A DNA stretch of 64,000 nucleotides from an uncultured delta proteobacterium (lineage in GTDB: Bacteria > Desulfobacterota > Binatia > Binatales > Binataceae): assembly GCA_963794325.1 (NCBI GenBank), contig CAWCDG010000004.1, forward strand, positions 640,001-704,000. Direction: 5' to 3'. A program made the position numbers and the translations under genes. The number at the start of each line of letters is the position of its first letter. Within the stretch, counting starts at the first letter, position 1. This document shows, piece after piece, positions 1-7,492 of this stretch. The notes below the pieces were generated by a model. That model did no database searches. It was not told where the DNA came from and saw only the letters and a list, made by a program, of their open reading frames with translations.

Positions 1-1169
1 TTGAAGGGCCAGATTGCGACAGTGGAGTTAAGAAGAGCCCGGTCGCGATATGCATGGAAAGTCGCGATGGTTTTCCAGAGCTGTCCGTTGTTGTCGAATT
101 GGTCCGACGCTGTGATGAACCATCCTTCGGAATCGACGTAGAGAATGCGCTTGGGGACGATCGTGCTACCGCCAATCGGAGAGCGAGGCTTCGCGGTCGC
201 TTCGATAACGTAGAGATTGCGCATTTCCCAATTCTCGGGACAGACGGTGCGGCCGCCGTCGCTGGCGCATGCCTCCGCGGGAGAGTTCGCCGCTTCCACC
301 GATGCGAGCATCGGGCGCTCGCCGAGCAGACGGTAGCTGTAATCTTCGATTTTGGCGGAGAAGCCAAACGCGGAATCGGGATCCCAAGTCGAGGCGTAGG
401 TCGTGGCTCCGCCCGCACCTCCGCCCTGAGTTCCCGGTGAGCCGTCAGAGGACACTCCGAAGGAATCCGATAGTTCCGTTATCGGCAGACGCCTCAGGCG
501 TCGGGTCTCGGAACTATACTCCCACACCGCGTCCTCAACCCCTGGACGAGCGGAGCGCTCGTTGACGATTCCCGCGCCGCGCATCTCGGAGGGCTCGAGG
601 ATCGGAAAAGCTCCGAAGCGCGAGGCGATGCCAGTCTTCATAACGTCGGGGTCCATCGGCATCGGGGCGACTTCGGTACGGCCGACAGAGTTGTAGAAGC
701 CAAGATGGCCGAAGGTAAAATGTTCGACCTCATTTGCGGAGCCTGCGCGATGACTGACAGCTTCGACGCCGCGCGAATCCAGGTCGTCGGTGTGCAGCGG
801 CCGGAACTGGAAGTTCCACATGATCTTGGTGGCAGCATCGGGATCGTTGGCATCGACCAGCGGAAACGGCAGGCCGGCGACGTAGCCCTTCAGCTCGCCG
901 TCGGAGCCGAGTGAGACCTGGGGCGAGTAGCGTTCGGTGGCCTCCTTGTAGGGCGGCGGCCAGTCAAGGTGACTCGTCGGGACGATTTTCATCGTCATGC
1001 CTTGCTTGACGAGGATGAAGTTCCCAGGACTGACCAGTGACTCGACCTTCGAGGCGTTGTCGGGAGTGATAACGTCTCCGGGTTTCACTTGGGCGCTCGC
1101 AGTGGCCGCGGAAATCACAGCAATTGCAAATGCGAGTGCGGCGATTGTTGAGAACCGATTGAAAGTCAT
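1..1169 (-). CDS. DUF1329 domain secreted protein (3' end runs off window)
   Basis: Manual translation from ATG at 1169: signal peptide MTFNRFSTIAALAFAIAVISAATASAQ, then VKPGDVITPDN, YVAGLPFP, KIMWNF, CPENWEMR, KRILYVDSE, GQLWK. Open to window edge. Not in ORF track because it is truncated. Confidence 0.8.
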   Translation of the reverse strand, partial: MTFNRFSTIAALAFAIAVISAATASAQVKPGDVITPDNASKVESLVSPGNFILVKQGMTMKIVPTSHLDWPPPYKEATERYSPQVSLGSDGELKGYVAGLPFPLVDANDPDAATKIMWNFQFRPLHTDDLDSRGVEAVSHRAGSANEVEHFTFGHLGFYNSVGRTEVAPMPMDPDVMKTGIASRFGAFPILEPSEMRGAGIVNERSARPGVEDAVWEYSSETRRLRRLPITELSDSFGVSSDGSPGTQGGGAGGATTYASTWDPDSAFGFSAKIEDYSYRLLGERPMLASVEAANSPAEACASDGGRTVCPENWEMRNLYVIEATAKPRSPIGGSTIVPKRILYVDSEGWFITASDQFDNNGQLWKTIATFHAYRDRALLNSTVAIWPF

Positions 1170-1337
1170 AGCGGTGTTCCTCACTAAAAGATCAAAATTC
1201 TTCACCTCGGTGCGCGGGCGTTGCTCTGCCGGCCGTGACCGATGACGTCATTTGATGCGTGAAAAGTGGACGCACAAAGTGCGACCTTTCTGGGGAGAGA
1301 CCGTGATTCAATTAGTCTGCGGATTGGCGAGGAAAAA

Positions 1338-1387
1338 TCAGGAACCTAACCCCTAACCCCTTCCCATAGTGGGAAGGGGAACCGGAT
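1338..1387 (+). repeat. REP-like palindromic repeat, family A copy 1
   Basis: TCAGGAACCTAACCCCTAACCCCTTCCCATAGTGGGAAGGGGAACCGGAT with hairpin CCCCTTCCCA/TGGGAAGGGG. One mismatch to the reverse complement of 43572-43621. Confidence 0.85.
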
Positions 1388-1425
1388 CGTGAAGCGCGGG
1401 GAGGGGAAACTCCAGATATGAAGGA

Positions 1426-2523
1426 TTAGGGCTTGAAGCCGAGGCGTGACGCTACTTGGGCGGCGGCGAGTGCCAGGGCTGGGGCCATCGGACCCATCAA
1501 TGCGAAGCGGGGATCTGTGGTTTGGCCGCGGACGTAGCGGACGTAGATTTGCTCGACGACCGTCGCGGTTTTCCAGTGCGCCCACGCCCAGTAGTAGGGC
1601 ATCGCGCTTACGTCGCGGCCGGTGCGGGTCGAATAACGATGCAGTAGTTCGTCGCGAGTCAGGAAGCCGGGCCGCAGCGTGTGTGCTTCGCCTTGCGAAG
1701 TCCCGAGAAGTTCCGGCGGATCGTTCTTGTCGCGCCAGTAGTTCATCACGATGCCGAGATCGACCAGCGGATCGCCGATGGTCGACATTTCCCAATCGAA
1801 GACGCCGACTATCTCGCCGTGATTCACCGCGCCGACCATGATGTTGTGCAGGTAGAAATCGTTATGCACGAGCACCGGCGGCGGCGACGCGGGCATGTTG
1901 TCGAGAAACCATGCGCCGAGTTTTTCCATCAGCGGCACTTCGCGGGTCTTCGCTTTTTCCCATCGGCCCATCCAGCCGGTGATCTGACGCTTTAGGAATC
2001 CGTCGGGCTTGCCGAGTGTTTCGAGTCCAATCGACTTGTAATCGACGCCGTGCAGGTCGGCGAGGGTGTCGATGAAGCCCTGCGACATCGCGCGGAAGCT
2101 TAAGGGATCGTCGCCGAACTCGGCGGGCAGCGGCTGGCGGTTCTTGATGACGATGCCGGTGCGGCGCTCCATCACGAAGAAAGGCGCGCCGACGATCGAC
2201 ACGTCGTCGCTGAAGAGCATCCCGCGCGGCGCCGGCTTGAAGACTTCCCACAGGCGCGAGAGCACCTTGTACTCGCGGCCCATGTCGTGGCCGCCGACGG
2301 GCAGCGGGCCGAACGGCGGCCGCCGCATCACCCACTCTGTTTCGCCAAAGCGCAGCAGGTAAGTGAGATTCGAGGAGCCGCCGCGAAACTGCTTGACGGT
2401 CATCGGCGCGTCGGCGCCGGGCAATTGCTTCTCGCGCAGGTACGCGGCGAGCTTGCTCCAGTCGAGCTGCTCCTCGTCGCGAACGTCGCCAAATTCGACG
2501 GTGAGATCGATAGCTTCAGTCAT
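1426..2523 (-). CDS. Phosphotransferase family protein (APH fold, ACAD10/11 kinase-like, LvaA-like)
   Basis: GGSSNLTY, RRPP, HDMGREY, VHNDFYLHN, FDWEMSTIGDP motifs. Confidence 0.9.
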   Translation of the reverse strand: MTEAIDLTVEFGDVRDEEQLDWSKLAAYLREKQLPGADAPMTVKQFRGGSSNLTYLLRFGETEWVMRRPPFGPLPVGGHDMGREYKVLSRLWEVFKPAPRGMLFSDDVSIVGAPFFVMERRTGIVIKNRQPLPAEFGDDPLSFRAMSQGFIDTLADLHGVDYKSIGLETLGKPDGFLKRQITGWMGRWEKAKTREVPLMEKLGAWFLDNMPASPPPVLVHNDFYLHNIMVGAVNHGEIVGVFDWEMSTIGDPLVDLGIVMNYWRDKNDPPELLGTSQGEAHTLRPGFLTRDELLHRYSTRTGRDVSAMPYYWAWAHWKTATVVEQIYVRYVRGQTTDPRFALMGPMAPALALAAAQVASRLGFKP

Positions 2524-2537
2524 GCTGGGACCAAGCC

Positions 2538-2583
2538 AACCTAACCCCTAACCCCTTTTTTCACTCCTCGCGGGAAAGGGAAC
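2538..2583 (+). repeat. REP-like repeat, family A, degenerate copy 2
   Basis: AACCTAACCCCTAACCCCTT...CGGGAAAGGGAAC in intergenic space. Confidence 0.65.
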
Positions 2584-2630
2584 AATCGCGTTTAACCGCG
2601 TCAATGATTTGCGACTCAACCGCCTCGGGG

Positions 2631-3821
2631 TCATTTGTACTTACGCAGTTCGCGGCGCGCGATCGTCATGCGATGCACTTCGTCGGGTCCGTCGGCGATT
2701 CGGAGCGCACGGCTGTCGCGCCACATCCGGGCGAGCGGGAAGTCGTCGCTGACGCCGGCCGCGCCGAACACCTGGATCGCGCGATCGAGCACGACCATCA
2801 CCATGTTCGCGCACATCACCTTGATCATCGCGATCTCGTTGCGCGAGTCGCGCTTGCCCACGGTGTCCATCTTCCACGCCGCGTGCATGACCATCAGGCG
2901 GCACGAGTCGATCTCGATTCGCGAGTTGGCGATCCACTCCTGGATGTTCGACTTGTCGGCGAGAAAACTGCCGTGCGTGAAGCGGGTGCTCGCCCGCTTG
3001 CACATCAACTCGAGCGCGCGTTCCGCGATGCCGATTGTCCGCATGCAATGATGGATGCGTCCGGGACCGAGGCGTGCCTGCGAGATTGCGAAGCCGCCGC
3101 CCTCCTCGCCGAGCAAATTTGTGACCGGCACGCGGCAGTCCTTGTAGATAATTTCGCAATGCCCGCCGCCGCCGGTATGGCCCATCACGGGCACCGGACG
3201 AATCAGGTTGAATCCCGGAGTGTCGGTCGGGACGATTATCTGGCTCGCGCGGCGATGCGGTTCCGCGTCGGGGTCCGTCACGACCATCGCGATGGCGAAG
3301 GCCGAGCCGATCGCATTCGAGGTGAACCACTTGTGGCCGTTGATGACGTAGTTGTCGCCGTCCCGAACGGCGCGGGTCTTGAGCTGCGTCGGATCCGAGC
3401 CCGGAGTGTCAGGCTCGGTCATCGAGAAGCAGGTGCGAATCTCACCGTCGAGGCATTTTTGCAACCACTGCTTTTTCTGATCGGGCGTGCCGAACTCGGC
3501 GAGGATTTCCATGTTGCCGGTATCAGGCGCCATGCAGTTGAACGCGCGCGCGCCAATCGGGCTGCGGCCCATCAGCTCGCACAGCGGCGCGTATTCGTAA
3601 TTCTTGAGACCGGCGCCAAATTTTTCGTCGGGCAGAAAGAGATTCCAGAGGCCCTCGGCCTTGGCTTTCTTGCGGACGTCTTTGAGCGATTGCGGTTCGG
3701 TATTGCCGCTCTCGCCCATCGCGCGCTGAACTTCCTTCTCGATGGGGAAGACGTACTGATCCATGAAGTCGGAGACGCGCTTGCGCAATTGTTCAGTCTT
3801 GGGGGTCAGCGAAAAGTCCAT
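2631..3821 (-). CDS. Acyl-CoA dehydrogenase (ACAD10/11-like, LvaC-like)
   Basis: FNCMAPDTGNME, FSMTEP..GSDP, NGHKWFTS, QARLGPGRIHHCMR, RIADGPDEVH. Confidence 0.93.
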   Translation of the reverse strand: MDFSLTPKTEQLRKRVSDFMDQYVFPIEKEVQRAMGESGNTEPQSLKDVRKKAKAEGLWNLFLPDEKFGAGLKNYEYAPLCELMGRSPIGARAFNCMAPDTGNMEILAEFGTPDQKKQWLQKCLDGEIRTCFSMTEPDTPGSDPTQLKTRAVRDGDNYVINGHKWFTSNAIGSAFAIAMVVTDPDAEPHRRASQIIVPTDTPGFNLIRPVPVMGHTGGGGHCEIIYKDCRVPVTNLLGEEGGGFAISQARLGPGRIHHCMRTIGIAERALELMCKRASTRFTHGSFLADKSNIQEWIANSRIEIDSCRLMVMHAAWKMDTVGKRDSRNEIAMIKVMCANMVMVVLDRAIQVFGAAGVSDDFPLARMWRDSRALRIADGPDEVHRMTIARRELRKYK

Positions 3822-3920
3822 TTCGATCCTCGCGAGGTCCTGATGATTTGTATCGCAACAGGTAACCCAGATTGGGGGGAAATGAAAGGCGACGGACCTC
3901 GCGTCAGTGATGCACCAAGA

Positions 3921-3982
3921 ACCCTCACCTCCCGGCGGCTACGCCCGCCGACTGCCTCTCCCGTGAAAGTAACGGGCGAAGG
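3921..3982 (+). repeat. Related REP-like element (CCCTCACC...CCTCTCCCG...CGGG type)
   Basis: ACCCTCACCTCCCGGCGG CTACG CCCGCCG..CCTCTCCCGT..ACGGGCGAAGG: two hairpins just downstream of a stop codon. Confidence 0.5.
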
Positions 3983-3991
3983 ATCAGAAAA

Positions 3992-4735
3992 TCAGGCGGT
4001 GGGTTTGCGCATTACGTAGAAGACGTAGCCGTAGGAATCGGAATAGGCGCGGAACAGATCGTGCTCGCGGCTGGCTTCGTCGAGCATGGCGAGCGCACTG
4101 GGATCGTCGGCGTATTTTTCTCGCAGCTCTTCGACCCGGCGCTCGGCGGGATCGTAGTAGTTGTTCCACCAGTCCTGCACCTGCAACACGAAGCCGTCCA
4201 TGCTCACGTATCCGGCTTCGGCGACGAGCTGGCAGTTGCGCTCGATCGAGCCCATGCCGGGGTAGCTTCGCGCCCAGTATTCGGCGGCTTCGGCCGGTGG
4301 ATTCGGCACCAGCCACGTGAGCTCGGATACCACGACCCATCCTCCGGGCTTCAGGAAGCGACGCCATGCGGTCAGACCGGCGGCGAATCCTTGTATATAG
4401 ATGGCGCCTTCGGACCAGATCAGATCGAATGATCTGTCGGCGAAGTCCATGTCGAACATCGAGGTGTTGATCGTCGTCACGTGCGGCAGAACACCCGCCG
4501 CGCTGGCACGCTCAGTCAGCTCGTCGAGGAATCGCTGGCGGATATCGACGGCGACCAGCCATCCGTTGCTCGCGCGGGCGAGATCGATAGTTTGCGCGCC
4601 GGGACCGCATCCGACATCGAGGATTCGCGGCGCCGTTGGCAGCCCGCGGACCAGGCCTAGCGCGCGCAAGGTTGCCGCCGCGGAGCCGGGAGCTTGTCGC
4701 GGGAGGCCTTCTGTCAATTCGCGGAAAATACTCAT
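3992..4735 (-). CDS. Class I SAM-dependent methyltransferase
   Basis: ILDVGCGPG motif I; FDLIWSEGAIY; FLKPGG. Confidence 0.9.
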   Translation of the reverse strand: MSIFRELTEGLPRQAPGSAAATLRALGLVRGLPTAPRILDVGCGPGAQTIDLARASNGWLVAVDIRQRFLDELTERASAAGVLPHVTTINTSMFDMDFADRSFDLIWSEGAIYIQGFAAGLTAWRRFLKPGGWVVVSELTWLVPNPPAEAAEYWARSYPGMGSIERNCQLVAEAGYVSMDGFVLQVQDWWNNYYDPAERRVEELREKYADDPSALAMLDEASREHDLFRAYSDSYGYVFYVMRKPTA

Positions 4736-4928
4736 CTGCCTCCGCGATACTGCCGATAGACGCGAGGGAACTCAAACGCATCGCGGGCACGGCGGCCCGC
4801 GCCACTTGTCAGGCGCGCGGCTTGTCGGCGGCAAAGCGGAGGCGAACGTAGTCGGCAAACCACTTGCCGTCGGCGTCGCAGAGCTTGGGGCGCAATGCTT
4901 CGCGAACCTCGTCTAGAAAACCGGCGCG
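4680..4928 (+). repeat. 249-bp direct repeat, left copy
   Basis: Aligns without gaps to 5960-6208 (offset 1280). First ~110 bp identical, scattered substitutions after. Confidence 0.92.
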
Positions 4929-5030
4929 TCGCAGAGCCCGCCATATCCCGGCGATAACGTCATCAACCGGCTTCATCCGGTGGATAGCGACGTTGCTGAA
5001 GACGGCATCGAACTCGGCGTCGAAACCTAA
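4809..5030 (-). pseudogene. Internally deleted remnant of the 6089-6850 methyltransferase
   Basis: 4809-4928 matches 6089-6208, then ~4938-5030 matches ~6497-6590 (FDAEFDAVFSN..). About 280 bp between them and the 5' end are missing. Confidence 0.75.
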
Positions 5031-5068
5031 GCTCCCGCCCTGCCGACGCCCCCTTGCCCGCAGTTGAA

Positions 5069-5488
5069 TTACCCTTTCTTAGGTGCCGGCAAGAACGCGG
5101 CTGGCGAGACGTGAAAACGCTCCGCAAGTTTTTCGATCTGGCGGACATTGAGCTCACGCTTTCCGCGCAGCACTTCAGAGACCACGCCCTGGCTACCGAT
5201 TTCGCGCAAATCAGATTGTGAGAGGCCGTGCTGCTCCATCAGGAACTTGAGCATCTCGACTCCAGAAGTATCCGGGATCGGATGGTGCTCCGCATCGTAA
5301 GCTTCGATCAGAACGCTGAGCGTTTCGATGAAGCGGTAGCGTGGGTCGCGCGGATTGTCGCCAATTTCATCCACCAGTGCATTGAGCTGGGCAACGGCAG
5401 TGTCGTATTCGCGGGTGCCATGGATAGCGAGTAGCGGCGCGAAGACGTCCGGGTTCTTGAGGGTTCGAGTGATAGTGCGACTTTTCAT
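5069..5488 (-). CDS. higA: HigA-type antitoxin (HTH)
   Basis: LIEAYDAEHHPIP, LKFLMEQHGLSQSDL.EIGSQGVVSEVLRGKRELNVRQI; lies downstream of toxin. Confidence 0.88.
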   Translation of the reverse strand: MKSRTITRTLKNPDVFAPLLAIHGTREYDTAVAQLNALVDEIGDNPRDPRYRFIETLSVLIEAYDAEHHPIPDTSGVEMLKFLMEQHGLSQSDLREIGSQGVVSEVLRGKRELNVRQIEKLAERFHVSPAAFLPAPKKG

Positions 5489-5559
5489 TTATTATCTTGA
5501 TTAGTTAAATATTAAATTTAAATCATCTAAAGTTAAAAATTATTGATTTTTTTATGACG

Positions 5560-5859
5560 TCATTTTTTCCAACCTCCTCTGTCGTACTCCGCATGGGTCA
5601 AGATGTTGCGGACAAACAGCATTTGCGTGTTGAAGTGAATTGCTACGATCAGTCGGTACTTGTTACCCGCAATATCGAAAACGTAGAAATCGCCCTTTGC
5701 GGTCGGCACATAGTCCACCGATCCAAAGGTTCGCTTTAACTCGATCAGATTCGGATAGGCTCCACTTTTGACCAGCTTCCACCATGCTCGTAGCGGGCCA
5801 TCGGCATCGGGATATCGTTTCGCGAAGTCCCTGAGCGCCTTCTCCGAGATCACCCGCAC
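5560..5859 (-). CDS. higB: HigB-type mRNA interferase toxin
   Basis: GTG start; MRVISEKALRDF, VFDIAGNKYRLIVAIHF, ILTHAEYDRGGWK. Confidence 0.9.
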   Translation of the reverse strand: MRVISEKALRDFAKRYPDADGPLRAWWKLVKSGAYPNLIELKRTFGSVDYVPTAKGDFYVFDIAGNKYRLIVAIHFNTQMLFVRNILTHAEYDRGGWKK

Positions 5860-5959
5860 GTCGAGAATATATCTCGAAGTGAGATGGGTTGTCAACTCAA
5901 ATTGAGATGAAAAAAACTATCGGTGCGCCGAGATCGGACGACGAAGGGGCGTTACCGCT

Positions 5960-6208
5960 GCGGAGCCGGGAGCTTGTCGCGGGAGGCCTTCTGTCAATTC
6001 GCGGAAAATACTCATCTGCCTCCGCGATACTGCCGATAGACGCGAGGGAACTCAAACGCATCGCCGGCACGGCGGCCCGCGCCACTGGTCAGGCGCGCGG
6101 CTTGTCGGCGGCGAAGCGGATGCGAATGTAGTCGGCAACCCAATTGCCGTCGCCGTCGCAGAGTTTGGGGCGCAATGCTTCGCGAACCTCGTCTAGAAAA
6201 CCGGCGCG
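5960..6208 (+). repeat. 249-bp direct repeat, right copy (contains an orphan 5' end of the 3992-4735 gene)
   Basis: Matches 4680-4928; minus strand re-encodes MSIFRELTEGLPRQAPGSA then diverges. Confidence 0.92.
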
Positions 6209-6850
6209 ATCGTTTTTCGCGACCGGCGCCGTGAAGCTCTGCGCAAAAGTCTCGAGCCATCCGTTGATTTCGGTCGGCAGCGGTGTGGGGCGGGGAATCA
6301 ATGCGATGTACCTGACGGCGAATCCGCGGCGAGCCAGCCGCGCGGAATATTCTTCGGCGGTTGGGAAATACCACGGGTTGAGAGCGTCGGCGTCGATTCC
6401 GCGACGCCGAAGGGCGTCGAACAATGCGCGCTTGATCGTCTCGACGCAGCCGTGGCCGCCGAACTCGGCGACGAAGCGGCCGCCGGGGCGCAGCGCGCGC
6501 CATACGCCGGCGATTACGTCGTCGGGTGGTTTCATCCAGTGGATCGCGGCGTTGCTGAACACGGCATCGAAGTCGGCGTCGAAACTGAGACGCGCACCGT
6601 CAGCTACGCGCGCGTCAAGGCCGAGCCGTCGTGCGGCTTCGATTTGGGGTGGGCTCGAATCTACCCCGACCACGTCGCATCCCATTGCGGCGAGCTTGAT
6701 GGTTAGCGCGCCGTCGCCGCATCCGAGGTCGAGGATTCGCTCGCCGGCGCTGGGCGCGAGCAGATCGACCACCGGTGCGCCGAGATCGGAGACGAAGCGG
6801 GCGTTGCGCGCGTATCCGTTCGGGTCCCAGGTTTGATTGGCCGTCGTCAT
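6089..6850 (-). CDS. Class I SAM-dependent methyltransferase (trans-aconitate MTase-like)
   Basis: WDPNGY, ILDLGCGDG, FDAVFSNAAIHW, LRPGGRFVAEFGG, DYIRIRF. Confidence 0.9.
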   Translation of the reverse strand: MTTANQTWDPNGYARNARFVSDLGAPVVDLLAPSAGERILDLGCGDGALTIKLAAMGCDVVGVDSSPPQIEAARRLGLDARVADGARLSFDADFDAVFSNAAIHWMKPPDDVIAGVWRALRPGGRFVAEFGGHGCVETIKRALFDALRRRGIDADALNPWYFPTAEEYSARLARRGFAVRYIALIPRPTPLPTEINGWLETFAQSFTAPVAKNDRAGFLDEVREALRPKLCDGDGNWVADYIRIRFAADKPRA

Positions 6851-6902
6851 GTACTTAACTATAGTTAATAATCTACGCGATGCAACAGTCGATCACTTTA
6901 TT

Positions 6903-6956
6903 GAATGTGAAACCCGCCCGGGTTTCACATTCCTTGGGCAGGGGTACCCCCTGCCC
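6903..6956. promoter_or_regulatory. Two adjacent perfect inverted repeats in a divergent intergenic region
   Basis: GAATGTGAAACCCG-CC-CGGGTTTCACATTC (14-2-14) and GGGCAGGGG-TAC-CCCCTGCCC (9-3-9). Function not determinable. Confidence 0.5.
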
Positions 6957-7047
6957 CTTAGTGAAACGCTTGACACATTGGCTTGCTAGACGGCAGGCTC
7001 GATCAGAGAGGCATCTCCGGCGAGGATCACTTTGGCCGGAGCGTCCG

Positions 7048-7383
7048 ATGATATCCAGGTTCCACAGAAGCAGTAGAGCGGCGGCGCGCGCGATCGCGAT
7101 TTTCGGCGCGGTGCTGGTCCTTGTCTCGACCAGCATCGGCGCGAGTCATTTTCATGAGCGCGCGGTCTCACGCAACGGGCTGGCTGTCGCGCAAGTGGCG
7201 GTTGACGAAGGACTTTGTCCGGTCTGCCAATTCGCGCTGCATTCGCCAGGCTCGCTTTCATCGACTACGACTGTCACGCGCGGACCGGTTATCGTCGATA
7301 CGATATTCCTGGCCGCGCCGGTCCGTTCCGAATCTCCGGTTTTCTCGGCAGCACGCGTGCGCGCTCCTCCGATAGCTCTCTAG
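7048..7383 (+). CDS. DUF2946/CruR-like leader protein with CxxC and C-terminal RAPP motif
   Basis: Hydrophobic N-terminal segment, HFH, CPVC, Pro-rich linker, ends ARVRAPPIAL; directly upstream of a TonB-dependent receptor. Confidence 0.8.
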   Translation: MISRFHRSSRAAARAIAIFGAVLVLVSTSIGASHFHERAVSRNGLAVAQVAVDEGLCPVCQFALHSPGSLSSTTTVTRGPVIVDTIFLAAPVRSESPVFSAARVRAPPIAL

Positions 7384-7492
7384 ATCTCTCCGTTCGATAC
7401 ATTTTGATTCTTCACTGCGCGCGACCGTTTCGCGCGCCGCCACTCGCGTATTCGCAGGCGCGGGCGGGAACCTGAACTGATGGGAGCTTGAG

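Noticed and set aside
2604-4019. Long antisense ORFs (e.g. 2604-4019, 35651-37345, 24674-25621)
   Set aside because: Shadows of well-supported genes on the opposite strand, expected in high-GC DNA, with no recognisable motifs
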